DNA from: Bacillota bacterium
Lineage (GTDB): Bacteria > Bacillota > UBA4882 > UBA8346
Direction of reading: 5' to 3'
Length of the DNA: 32,000 bases
NCBI GenBank assembly: GCA_023400055.1
Contig: JAEXFN010000005.1
Span: 267,421-299,420 of the forward strand
Below, piece after piece: positions 15,872 to 24,111 of this stretch; the first letter of the stretch is position 1, and every line of letters begins with the position of its first letter. The position numbers and the translations under genes were made by a program. Below the pieces are notes generated by a model, which saw only the letters and a program-made list of their open reading frames with translations, was not told where the DNA came from and did no database searches.

Positions 15872-17098
15872 ATGGCCACTTTCGTCTACCAAGGGAAAGA
15901 CCGGACCGGCCGTTTCCACCGCGGCCAGCTGGAAGCGGGTTCGCTCGGGGAAGCCGCCGCCAAATTGCGCGAGGATGAGCTTTTCATCACCGCGTTGCAG
16001 CCGCTCACGATGTTGCGGGGCCGTCACGGCCAAGCCGCTAAGCCGCTCTTCGGCAGCGGGGTGAAGACTAAGGACCTGCTGCTCTTCACCAGGCAGTTCA
16101 GCGTGATGATCGGAGCCGGTGTCAATCTGGTCAGTTGCTTGAATATCCTAGCGGAACAGACTGAGAACAAGTATCTGGCGACGGTGATCGGCGAGATTCG
16201 CCGCGAAGTAGAAAACGGAGCGCCGTTGCACACGGCTATCGCCAACCATCCCAAGGTGTTCCCACCGCTCTATATGCACATGGTCGAGGCGGGTGAAGTC
16301 AGCGGTCAGTTGGACGTAGTGCTGCAACGGGTCGGCGAGTATTTGGAACGGGAGTTTGAGCTGCGCAAAAAAGTGACCGGAGCCATGGCGTACCCGGCGG
16401 TGATTGTGGTGGTGGCTATCACGGTGGTTACCATCCTGATGACAGTAGTGATTCCGCAGTTTCTGACGATGTTCAACGATGCTGGTGCACAGTTACCGTT
16501 GACGACCCGAATCCTGATCGGGGTCTCCAGCTTTATGCAACATTACTGGTATCTGGTGATGCTAGGATTAGCCGGGATCGTCGCTGGCCTGGCCTATTAC
16601 CGCCAGACGCCGCAAGGCCGTTATGTTACCGACAAACTGTTTTACCGGATGATTATTTTTGGACCGGTTATCCAGAAGGTGGTCGCGGCCCGTTTTAGCC
16701 GGACTTTGGCTACATTACTTGAAAGTGGCGTGGTGATTACCAATAGCCTGGATCTGGTACAGAAAGCAGTGGGCAACGCGGTGATAGCCGGAGCTATTGC
16801 GACGGCGCGCCAGAATATTACTCGAGGTAGCGGATTGGCAATTCCTTTGGAACAAACTGGAGTTCTGCCCCGGATGGTGACTCAAATGATTGCGGTCGGC
16901 GAGGAAACAGGGGAATTGACCAAGATGCTAGACCAGGTGGCCGATTTCTATGAGAAGGAAGCGGGTTATGCGGTGGAGGCATTGACCACAATGATTGAAC
17001 CGGCGATTATCGTGGTTTTAGGTGGGATTGTAGCAGTGATTGTTTCGGCGATCTTCCTGCCGCTGTTTGAGATTAGTTCGGGAGCTGTAATGAGGTAA
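15872..17098 (+). CDS. pilC: Type IV pilus platform protein PilC (GspF family)
   Basis: 408 aa with two T2SSF repeats ('FTRQFSVMIGAGVNLVSCL', 'FSRTLATLLESGVVITNSL'), three TM segments and the C-terminal 'PAIIVVLGGIVAVIVSAIFLPLFE'. Confidence 0.93.
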   Translation: MATFVYQGKDRTGRFHRGQLEAGSLGEAAAKLREDELFITALQPLTMLRGRHGQAAKPLFGSGVKTKDLLLFTRQFSVMIGAGVNLVSCLNILAEQTENKYLATVIGEIRREVENGAPLHTAIANHPKVFPPLYMHMVEAGEVSGQLDVVLQRVGEYLEREFELRKKVTGAMAYPAVIVVVAITVVTILMTVVIPQFLTMFNDAGAQLPLTTRILIGVSSFMQHYWYLVMLGLAGIVAGLAYYRQTPQGRYVTDKLFYRMIIFGPVIQKVVAARFSRTLATLLESGVVITNSLDLVQKAVGNAVIAGAIATARQNITRGSGLAIPLEQTGVLPRMVTQMIAVGEETGELTKMLDQVADFYEKEAGYAVEALTTMIEPAIIVVLGGIVAVIVSAIFLPLFEISSGAVMR

Positions 17099-17156
17099 AA
17101 GCCAAAAGGTTAAAGCGAATAGTAATTTATAGGTTGTGAAAGGAGGTGAAAAGTCT

Positions 17157-17537
17157 ATGAAGAAAGATGAGGGATTTACTCTGGTTGAACTCTTGATTGT
17201 TATTGCTATTATTGGAGTATTAGCAATGGTTGCCGTTCCCAGGTTTATGAATTTGCAACAGGATGCTGCTTACCAAGCTTGTAAAGCTAATCAAGGTACA
17301 TTAGAAACAGCACTAGAACAATGGATGTCAGCAAATAACGCCTATCCGGCGGCTGCAGATCAGACAGGTATGGTTAGTACGGGAATGTTGAAAAAGCTAG
17401 TTTATTGCCCTTCTGACACTACCAAAGCAGCTACAGATACAGATTATACTTGGACTGTTACTGGTACTGGTGCCGGTGTTGTTACATGTGCCGTCAAAAC
17501 TACAGGGACGACAAAGGCAGATAACCACAATCTTTAA
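17157..17537 (+). CDS. pilA: Major type IV pilin (PilA-like)
   Basis: The ATG at 17157 lies 9 nt after AAGGAGGTG; the ORF-track GTG at 17136 overlaps that SD. 'MKKDEG|FTLVELLIVIAIIGVLAMVAVPRF' is a class III signal with Glu5. The 126-aa precursor has three Cys residues. The gene sits between pilC and pilD. Confidence 0.88.
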   Translation: MKKDEGFTLVELLIVIAIIGVLAMVAVPRFMNLQQDAAYQACKANQGTLETALEQWMSANNAYPAAADQTGMVSTGMLKKLVYCPSDTTKAATDTDYTWTVTGTGAGVVTCAVKTTGTTKADNHNL

Positions 17538-18289
17538 TGATTGGATTTCAAATGGGTTTATTTTTTATTTTAGTCGGTTTAATAGTGGGAAGTTTTTTAA
17601 ATGTTATAATTTATCGTTTACCGCGGGGGGAGTCGATTGTCCTCCCCCCGTCGCATTGTCCCGCGTGCAACCACCGGCTGAACGGTTTGGATCTGTTCCC
17701 GGTGGTAAGCTTTCTTTTTCTGCGGGGCCGCTGCCGGTACTGTGGGACAGCGATCGGCTGGCGTTATCCCTTGGTCGAGCTGTTGACCGGTGGTTTGACA
17801 TTACTCGCGTGGCTACGGTTTGGGCCGACTGTGGAGTTGGCCGGCGCTTTGTTTTTAACATACATATTGATAGCGATCGCTTTTATCGATTTGGATCATC
17901 AGATTATCCCGAACGCGCTGACCTTGCCGGCCATCGTGGTCGGACTAGCCTTGCGGTTTTGGCAAGGATCGGGTCTGGACGCGGTAATCGGTGGATTAGT
18001 GGGCGGGGGAATTCTGTGGTTGGTGGCGTGGCTCTATCCCAAGGGGATGGGGTTGGGCGATGTGAAGTTCCTGGCGATGGCCGGAGTTTTCTTGGGTTGG
18101 CTGAAAGCAATTTATGCGCTTTTTCTCGGCAGTTTTTTGGGAGTACTGATAATTCTGCCGTTAATGTTATTAAAGAAAATCGGACGGCGGCAGCCGTTTC
18201 CGTTTGGACCATTTTTGGCGGTCGCCGCCTTGGTGATGGTGTTTTTCGGGGATCAGGTGTTGGGATTGTTGGGAATGAGGTGGGGATAA
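17537..18289 (+). CDS. pilD: Prepilin peptidase / N-methyltransferase PilD (A24 family)
   Basis: The start overlaps the pilA stop (TAATG). Present are the N-terminal Zn-ribbon 'CPACNHRL...CRYCG' and the catalytic Asp motifs 'FIDLDHQIIP' and 'GLGDVKFL', followed by 'PFGPFLAVAAL'. Confidence 0.93.
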   Translation: MIGFQMGLFFILVGLIVGSFLNVIIYRLPRGESIVLPPSHCPACNHRLNGLDLFPVVSFLFLRGRCRYCGTAIGWRYPLVELLTGGLTLLAWLRFGPTVELAGALFLTYILIAIAFIDLDHQIIPNALTLPAIVVGLALRFWQGSGLDAVIGGLVGGGILWLVAWLYPKGMGLGDVKFLAMAGVFLGWLKAIYALFLGSFLGVLIILPLMLLKKIGRRQPFPFGPFLAVAALVMVFFGDQVLGLLGMRWG

Positions 18290-18340
18290 CTCACCCATCT
18301 AGCTTTGCGGTTATGTCCATCCATGGAAGCCGCAAGTTTA

Positions 18341-18463
18341 AGCCTTCCTGGCTCTGACTTCCCTCTCTTTTGCGGAAAGAGAGGGCGAGGGTGAGTTTGG
18401 TTTCAAGCTTCCATTTTTTGTTGCAAAAGAGGAAGGAAAGCTTGCTCAATGCAGCGAATAGAT
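18341..18463. repeat. Composite palindromic (REP-like) element, copy B (inverted relative to copy A)
   Basis: The sequence is AGCCTTCCTGGCTCTGACTT-CCCTCTCTTTTGCGGAAAGAGAGGG-CGAGGGTGAGTT ... CTTCC..AAAAGAGGAAGGAAAG ... GCAGCGAAT. Its reverse complement matches the modules of 7466-7598, including a 22-nt identical run AACTCACCCTCGCCCTCTCTTT. Confidence 0.8.
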
Positions 18464-18549
18464 TGACACCATTATCTCCATTGTGCCCCGGTTATCGAGC
18501 CAAAAAACGCGGGGTGTAAGTTAATCGGCATAAAGCGGGGGGAGTAAAG

Positions 18550-19614
18550 TTGCCCAAAGTCGGGGTCGGTTTGGATATTGGGACAAGCGCGGTCAAGGTC
18601 GTGGAATTGCAGGCCCAACGGAAAGATCAGATTACGGTCTCGCAATTTGGCATGGTGGATCTGCCCGAGGGAGCGCTCGGCGGCGGTATCGTCAAGGATT
18701 ATGCCGGAGTCGCCGCGGCCATTCAGGAAGTTATACGGCAGACCCGGATCAAAGCGCGCCGGGTGGTGGTGGCGATTGCCGGCCAGACCGTCATCGTGCG
18801 GCAGATGCGGATCCCATTGATGACCGATGCCGAGGCTGCGACCGCCATCAAATGGGAGGCGGAACGGTACATCCCCTTTCCCAGCAACGAAGTGACCCTG
18901 GATTTCAGCATCATCCGGCGCGATCTCAACGCGGGCGAGATGGAGGTCATGTTGGTCTGCGCCCATAATGATATTATTAACAGCCATCTGGAAACCTTGA
19001 AACAAGTGGGGCTGGCTCCCCAGGCGATGGACATTCAACCCTTCGCCCTCATGCGGACGCTGGGGATGGAAACTTCGCCCAGGGCGGAGAGCATCGCGCT
19101 GCTGGATATCGGAGCGGGGACCTCGGACCTGATCATCATCAAGGAGAGCGTGCCTCGTTTCACGCGGATCATTCCGTTGGCGGGAGCGAAGTTTACCCAG
19201 ATCATCAGCAAAATGTTGAGCCTCGATTATCTCGCGGCGGAGCGGGCTAAGGTCGAATACAGCGATGCGCTTTTCGACTTTGAACAGACGGCGCGGGAGA
19301 GTGTTCCTTATCAAGTTAATTTCGCGATTGCCGAGGGCTTGAAAGAGCTGGTGATGGAGCTCAGGCGCTCGTTTGATTATTATCAATTGCAGAATCGCAA
19401 TGAAGAGATCGCCAAGCTGTATATTTCCGGCGGCGGATCGAAGATCGCTAATTTGGCCTCTTATCTTGAGGAGCAACTGAATATGACGGTGGAAAACAGC
19501 TTTTTGCCGGAAGGATTTCATTGTTCCGAAAAAAATTGTGCGGTGCTGGAAGCCGATTTCCCCAAATATGCGGTGGCCTATGGCCTGGCTTTGCGTGAGG
19601 TGATCCCGGCATGA
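18550..19614 (+). CDS. pilM: Type IV pilus assembly protein PilM (actin-like ATPase fold)
   Basis: SD GGGGGAG precedes the TTG start. Present are 'GLDIGTSAVKVVEL', 'LLDIGAGTSDLIII' and 'ISGGGSKIANL' (phosphate/adenosine motifs of the ASKHA fold). PilN follows with a 4-nt overlap. Confidence 0.9.
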   Translation: MPKVGVGLDIGTSAVKVVELQAQRKDQITVSQFGMVDLPEGALGGGIVKDYAGVAAAIQEVIRQTRIKARRVVVAIAGQTVIVRQMRIPLMTDAEAATAIKWEAERYIPFPSNEVTLDFSIIRRDLNAGEMEVMLVCAHNDIINSHLETLKQVGLAPQAMDIQPFALMRTLGMETSPRAESIALLDIGAGTSDLIIIKESVPRFTRIIPLAGAKFTQIISKMLSLDYLAAERAKVEYSDALFDFEQTARESVPYQVNFAIAEGLKELVMELRRSFDYYQLQNRNEEIAKLYISGGGSKIANLASYLEEQLNMTVENSFLPEGFHCSEKNCAVLEADFPKYAVAYGLALREVIPA

Positions 19615-20171
19615 GAATCAATCTGCTGCCCGAGGAGTACCGGCCCAAACCGCAAGTGCGTCTGGGGAGCCTAGCAGTCTTATTGATGATTGGTATCCTG
19701 GTGGCCGGGAGTTGGGTGATGGCGGGTACGGCGTTCTTTGCCAACCAATCGCTCACCGTAAAATCCGGTCAACTGGCTGAACAACTCCAGGAATACCAGG
19801 GTGAGCTGGCGGAGGCACGTCAAAAAGAGGCGCTCTTTACCGAGGTGAAACAACTGCGGGACGACGCGGACCGGATTCGCGCCCTTTATCCGGAGCACGT
19901 GACGATCCTGCGTCAGATCGCCGCAACCTTGCCCGAGGATGTTTGGTTGACCGATCTTAGCGTGAGTTCGAGCGGTCTGGTTCAAATATCGGGCGGCGTG
20001 GTCGTTTTTCCGCAAATGGGAGCGTTTTTGGACCGGGTCAATCAACTCCATTATTTCAAAGCGACTCACCTCAAAGACGTTCATCAGCAGAAAGACGAGC
20101 AACTGGCGATCTATCAGTATGCGCTGGAGATGACGACAGGGAGGAATTCCCTTGAATATGGCGAAAAATAA
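19611..20171 (+). CDS. pilN: Type IV pilus assembly protein PilN
   Basis: 'MRINLLPEEYRPK' is the conserved PilM-binding N-terminus. It is followed by a single TM helix, a coiled coil and a ferredoxin-like C-domain. The start is ATGA-coupled to pilM. Confidence 0.8.
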   Translation: MRINLLPEEYRPKPQVRLGSLAVLLMIGILVAGSWVMAGTAFFANQSLTVKSGQLAEQLQEYQGELAEARQKEALFTEVKQLRDDADRIRALYPEHVTILRQIAATLPEDVWLTDLSVSSSGLVQISGGVVVFPQMGAFLDRVNQLHYFKATHLKDVHQQKDEQLAIYQYALEMTTGRNSLEYGEK

Positions 20172-20730
20172 ACTGTTTGACCTGGTGTTAATCGGCGCGG
20201 CGCTATTGCTGCTGGCCGGGGCCGGTCTCGTCTGGTATCATTTCCAGCAGACGGCCGGTGAAGTCGCGGTCACGGTGCAAAGACAGCAAGCCGAACTGCA
20301 AGAGGCATCGCAAAAGATCAAGCTGTTGCATGCTTTACGGGCCAAAACGGGGGAACTTGAGCAAGAGCAGCGTTGGTTGGCGACTTTTTTGCCCAATGAC
20401 GAGGGACAAGCGCAATTCATTGAGGAGTTGGAAAGTCTGGCCGAACGGAGCGGGGTCGAGGTCGTCTCTTGTACTCTGGACAACACCCCGAAACATTTGA
20501 AAGCCTTTCCAAATTACCCGATCTATCAGTGGAAACTTGGTCTGGACGGAGGGTACCCGGGCATGCTCGCTTTCCTGAGAGAGCTGCCGAATTCGGAGCG
20601 CTGCATCGGCATACCCGAGGTAAAGCTGACCTCTGCCGCGAGCGGAACCGCTCAGGATAAAGCGGCTCTACATATGGAATGCACGCTGGATCTGGTAACT
20701 ACCGCCGCTGTGGAGAAGGTGAAGCCATGA
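20152..20730 (+). CDS. pilO: PilO-like pilus alignment protein
   Basis: The call rests on position after pilN, an N-terminal TM helix (LFDLVLIGAALLLLAGAGLVWY), a coiled-coil segment and a small C-terminal domain. The SD is GGGAGGA. There is no strong motif, so this is a contextual call. Confidence 0.6.
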   Translation: MNMAKNKLFDLVLIGAALLLLAGAGLVWYHFQQTAGEVAVTVQRQQAELQEASQKIKLLHALRAKTGELEQEQRWLATFLPNDEGQAQFIEELESLAERSGVEVVSCTLDNTPKHLKAFPNYPIYQWKLGLDGGYPGMLAFLRELPNSERCIGIPEVKLTSAASGTAQDKAALHMECTLDLVTTAAVEKVKP

Positions 20731-21395
20731 GCATAAAAGCGGAACCGAAAGCCGTCGGCAAATTGCCTTTATCGCCGCCGACGTTGATTATCCTCCTGGT
20801 GGGCATCGTTGCCATCGTTTATCTGCAGTTTTTTACCGGTCCGGCTAAGGAAGCTCCAGCCGCTAATGCCGGAAGAAACATTGTAACGCCGAGAGCCAAA
20901 GCGGTTCATTCTGACGGAGTGTCCAGTACGGTGGCTCAACCCATTAGTTCAAGCATCGATCAACAGCAGGCATCGGAACCGGACATCCAACCTCAGGATT
21001 GGAATGCTGTCAACCGTAATCCGTTTTTACCGCCGGCGTTTGTGATCAGGAGTCGACAAATGAAGGAAGCCACGGTTGCACCGGCGGATAATTCGCCGCT
21101 GGTCACGAGCGAGTCGGCCGGGGCTCCTCCGCAGACGCGCCCGGCAGCTCCGGAAAAGACAGCTTCAGTCGATCAGCCGGCGGCAAAGGAAAAACCGGTC
21201 TGGAAGGGTGTAATCGCCACCAATTCCGGGCAGGTCGCCTTGGTCGGTTACGAAAATAAAACCGTGTTACTGCATATCGGCTCCAAATTGGCGGATACCG
21301 ATTACCAATTGCAGGAGATCCATCCTCAATATTTCCTGTTTGATTCGGATTCAGGACAGCTGAAGGTGGAGAAGAAGGAGGCAACTCAAAAATGA
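20727..21395 (+). CDS. PilP-like periplasmic linker protein (TM-anchored, Pro/Ala-rich spacer, small beta domain)
   Basis: The ATG at 20727 is ATGA-coupled to the pilO stop, with SD GGAGAAGG. The ORF-track start at 20679 would overlap pilO by 52 nt. The C-terminal 'VWKGVIATNSGQVALVGYENKTVLLHIGSKL...YQLQEIHPQYFLF' resembles the PilP beta-sandwich. The stop is ATGA-coupled to pilQ. Confidence 0.45.
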   Translation: MSIKAEPKAVGKLPLSPPTLIILLVGIVAIVYLQFFTGPAKEAPAANAGRNIVTPRAKAVHSDGVSSTVAQPISSSIDQQQASEPDIQPQDWNAVNRNPFLPPAFVIRSRQMKEATVAPADNSPLVTSESAGAPPQTRPAAPEKTASVDQPAAKEKPVWKGVIATNSGQVALVGYENKTVLLHIGSKLADTDYQLQEIHPQYFLFDSDSGQLKVEKKEATQK

Positions 21396-23455
21396 GAAGA
21401 CCAAGACCCGCGGGCTTTAGAATATGGCATTGCATCGTTGCGTTATCCATTGGCGCATCGCTCTTGGCTTTTCCGGCCCGGGCGGAACAAAGCGCCCCAG
21501 CCAATCAAGTTCTTCAAGAAGTCCAAGGGGTCGCTACTCCGGGGTTGTCGACTTTTGACATTATTGATGCTGACATCCGCGATGTTTTACGTAGCCTGGC
21601 CGATCTCGGCGACATCAATGTTTTGATGGATCCGGCCGTCAAAGGTCCGGTAACCCTCAAGCTGAAACACGGCTTGAGCATCAAGGAAGCCATCGAACTC
21701 ATCAGCCAGACCAACGGTTATTCCTACCGCTGGATGAATGATTCCCGGACCGTAATCATCGGCGACGAAAAATCGTTCTCTAATTTCGAAGTTTCCCAGA
21801 CGAAAGTCTATCAACTCCATTACGCCCAGGCCGATCAATTGGCCGACGCTTTAAAGGGTTTGGTACCCAAGGATAAGCTGGGAATCGATCTGCGCACCAA
21901 TCAGGTTACCGTGAAGGCCAGTGTTTTGGAACTGCAAAACGTGGAGGAAGTCATCAATCGGCTCGATCGTCAAATGCCGCAGATTAATATCGAAGCCCGA
22001 ATCGAGGAAGTGACCCAATCCGCCAGCAAGGATTTGGGACTTGGCTACACTTTTGGTTCCGGAGGAAGTTTTTCTTATCCCAATCTGTTGGATTTTAAGA
22101 TTACGACCACCGCTACGCTGAGTGCTTTGGAGCAACAGAACAAGGCGCGGATGTTGGCCCAACCCAATATTTCCACCACCGATAGCCACGAAGGGAAGAT
22201 CTTCATCGGCAACAAGTACCCGGTTATCACCTCCAAGGCTAATTCCAACGGTGGCACCGATGTTACAGTAACGTATCTGGAGTTTGGTACTAGTTTGACG
22301 GTCACCCCGCGCATTAATGAAAAAGGGATCGTTACCGTTTCGATCAATGCCTTTGTAAGCTCGGCGACCGATTGGAAGACCGCCTCGGACGGCAGCCAAA
22401 TTCCGGTGATTACCACCCGCGAGGCCAGTTCGGTGGTACGGCTTAAAGATGGAGAAACCTTTGTGCTCTCAGGTTTAAACATGAAGAAATCTTCCTTGGG
22501 TACTTCGGAAGTGCCCGGATTGGCCAAAATCCCGTTACTCGGGAATCTGTTCCGGAGTAAAAGTGATAAAATGTATGATGATAGCGAGATCTGCATCTTC
22601 TTGACGCCGAAGATTAGCGGCGGCGACTTTCAAGCCAATAAACCGGCGGCAGTTTCACAAAATCAGTCCTCAAAGACTGAACCCCAGGGAACGAAACCTA
22701 GCCCGGTCCAACAAAATGCTGAACCGGCTGTTTCGACGGGTCCGTCAAACCCCGCCCCGGCACAAAGCAAGCCATCTGCACAGACGCAGCAGGGAGCTAC
22801 TACGACCCCTAAAGCGGATAATGCGGCGCAAAACGCGACAACCGACATCGCTCTTAAGACTGAAAGCAGTGCTTCAACCACCACCGTGACATCCGCTTCC
22901 GGAAATTCCGGGGTAAATCAGGCAACAGCAGCTGCCTCAATAGCGGACCAACAACCGACGCAACCCGCCGACCAAACTCAGGCGCAGGTGGAACTCCAGC
23001 CTCAACCGGGAACTACCGCGCCCGCCGTTGAGGTGCAAGATAACGCGGCGAGTGATGCCACTGGGACGACAGTGAGTGTCCAAGAACCGGACATCAATCA
23101 ACAACCGGCCCAGCCGGAGCCGGGAATGCGATTGACCATTCACGTGCGACGGGGCGAAGGCTTAACGGGCATTGCCCGACGCTATGGAATCGACCCCGCA
23201 GTACTTGCCAGTGAAAATCATTTAGCGCCCAATGCCGGCCTGCAGATTAACCAGCGGTTGGTCGTTCCGATACCCAGCGATCATTTGTATCAAGTAAAAC
23301 CCAATGAGACTTTGTGGCGGATTGCCAAACGGTATGGGATCCCGCTCGAAACCCTGCAGAAACTCAATGGCATCCAGGATATCAAAAAGGTCGCGGTGGG
23401 CAGGACATTGATTTTACCGGTGGCGGTGGATCATATAGTTGATAAGAGCGTTTGA
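21392..23455 (+). CDS. pilQ: Type IV pilus secretin PilQ with C-terminal low-complexity linker and two LysM domains
   Basis: The signal peptide is '...LLAFPARA|EQ'. An N0/STN-like domain ('IRDVLRSLADLGDINVLMDP...') and a Secretin_N domain precede the secretin core ('ARMLAQPNISTTDSHEGKIFIG...', 'VPGLAKIPLLGNLFRSK...ICIFLTPKI'). A Q/P/T/A-rich segment of about 168 aa follows. Two LysM-like repeats end the protein ('GEGLTGIARRYGIDPAVLASENHL...INQRLVVP', 'NETLWRIAKRYGIPLETLQKLNGI...VGRTLILP'). Confidence 0.9.
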   Translation: MRRPRPAGFRIWHCIVALSIGASLLAFPARAEQSAPANQVLQEVQGVATPGLSTFDIIDADIRDVLRSLADLGDINVLMDPAVKGPVTLKLKHGLSIKEAIELISQTNGYSYRWMNDSRTVIIGDEKSFSNFEVSQTKVYQLHYAQADQLADALKGLVPKDKLGIDLRTNQVTVKASVLELQNVEEVINRLDRQMPQINIEARIEEVTQSASKDLGLGYTFGSGGSFSYPNLLDFKITTTATLSALEQQNKARMLAQPNISTTDSHEGKIFIGNKYPVITSKANSNGGTDVTVTYLEFGTSLTVTPRINEKGIVTVSINAFVSSATDWKTASDGSQIPVITTREASSVVRLKDGETFVLSGLNMKKSSLGTSEVPGLAKIPLLGNLFRSKSDKMYDDSEICIFLTPKISGGDFQANKPAAVSQNQSSKTEPQGTKPSPVQQNAEPAVSTGPSNPAPAQSKPSAQTQQGATTTPKADNAAQNATTDIALKTESSASTTTVTSASGNSGVNQATAAASIADQQPTQPADQTQAQVELQPQPGTTAPAVEVQDNAASDATGTTVSVQEPDINQQPAQPEPGMRLTIHVRRGEGLTGIARRYGIDPAVLASENHLAPNAGLQINQRLVVPIPSDHLYQVKPNETLWRIAKRYGIPLETLQKLNGIQDIKKVAVGRTLILPVAVDHIVDKSV

Positions 23456-23482
23456 GGCGTTCAACAATTTATTTTTTTAAAA

Positions 23483-23512
23483 CCAGGGGTGTTCCAACGA
23501 CCCTGGTTTTTT
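23483..23512 (+). terminator. Rho-independent terminator after pilQ
   Basis: CCAGGG(G)..(A)CCCTGG forms a stem (23483-23506), followed by TTTTTT (23507-23512). Confidence 0.75.
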
Positions 23513-23634
23513 ATTTGTATAAAGGAATAAAATGTAAGGGAATTAATAGTTTTGGAGGAAATTAAATACAAATAAAGAATATATATTTTGGGAAATTACT
23601 TTCTTTAAAAATTTTAGTTCAGGGATATCAAAAT

Positions 23635-24096
23635 ATGGAGAAGGGATTTGCGATGAATTTTTGGGGCAGAGAACGGGGCCTTACGTTAATCGAGACTTTG
23701 GTAGCCGTGTTGATCTTTAGTATCGCAATGCTTGCGGTATCGTCTGCGTTTAAGCTATTAAGTTCAGTTCCATCGCAATCCAAAGAAAGAGTCACCGCTG
23801 TCTATCTAGCAAAGGAACAGTTGGAGTTACTCAAACGCTTCGATGAATCTGGCAACGACCGCACTGCGTTTGCGGCAAAGATCGGTAACGATAAGGAAAT
23901 TAAGCCTTCATATTCTCGGGAAATCAACAACATAACCTATAAAGTCACAACTTCATTAATCACTAATCAGACATCCTCGGCCACCGTAAACTTTAAAAGT
24001 AGCGATATCGTACCAGTGCGGGTAATAGTTTACTGGGACTTTATGGGAAGGGCAAATTCATTATCACTAGAAACTTGTATTGTTCAAGGCTATTAG
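23635..24096 (+). CDS. Type IV minor pilin (PilV/GspI-like) (set B); true start possibly the ATG at 23653
   Basis: 'MNFWGRERG|LTLIETLVAVLIFSIAMLAV' is a class III signal with Glu5. GGAGAAGGG lies 7 nt upstream of the internal ATG at 23653. Confidence 0.85.
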   Translation: MEKGFAMNFWGRERGLTLIETLVAVLIFSIAMLAVSSAFKLLSSVPSQSKERVTAVYLAKEQLELLKRFDESGNDRTAFAAKIGNDKEIKPSYSREINNITYKVTTSLITNQTSSATVNFKSSDIVPVRVIVYWDFMGRANSLSLETCIVQGY

Positions 24097-24111
24097 GAAG
24101 GGCTGAGAAAG

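Noticed and set aside
17136-17156. GTG at 17136 as the pilA start (ORF-track coordinate).
   Set aside because: The GTG lies inside or just before the AAGGAGGTG Shine-Dalgarno sequence that is optimally spaced for the ATG at 17157. The shorter product has a normal 6-residue prepilin leader (MKKDEG|F).
20679-20726. Upstream start at 20679 for the PilP-like gene.
   Set aside because: It would overlap pilO by 52 nt and add an Arg/Gly/Cys-rich N-terminus. The ATG at 20727 has a GGAGAAGG SD and an ATGA stop-start overlap with pilO.
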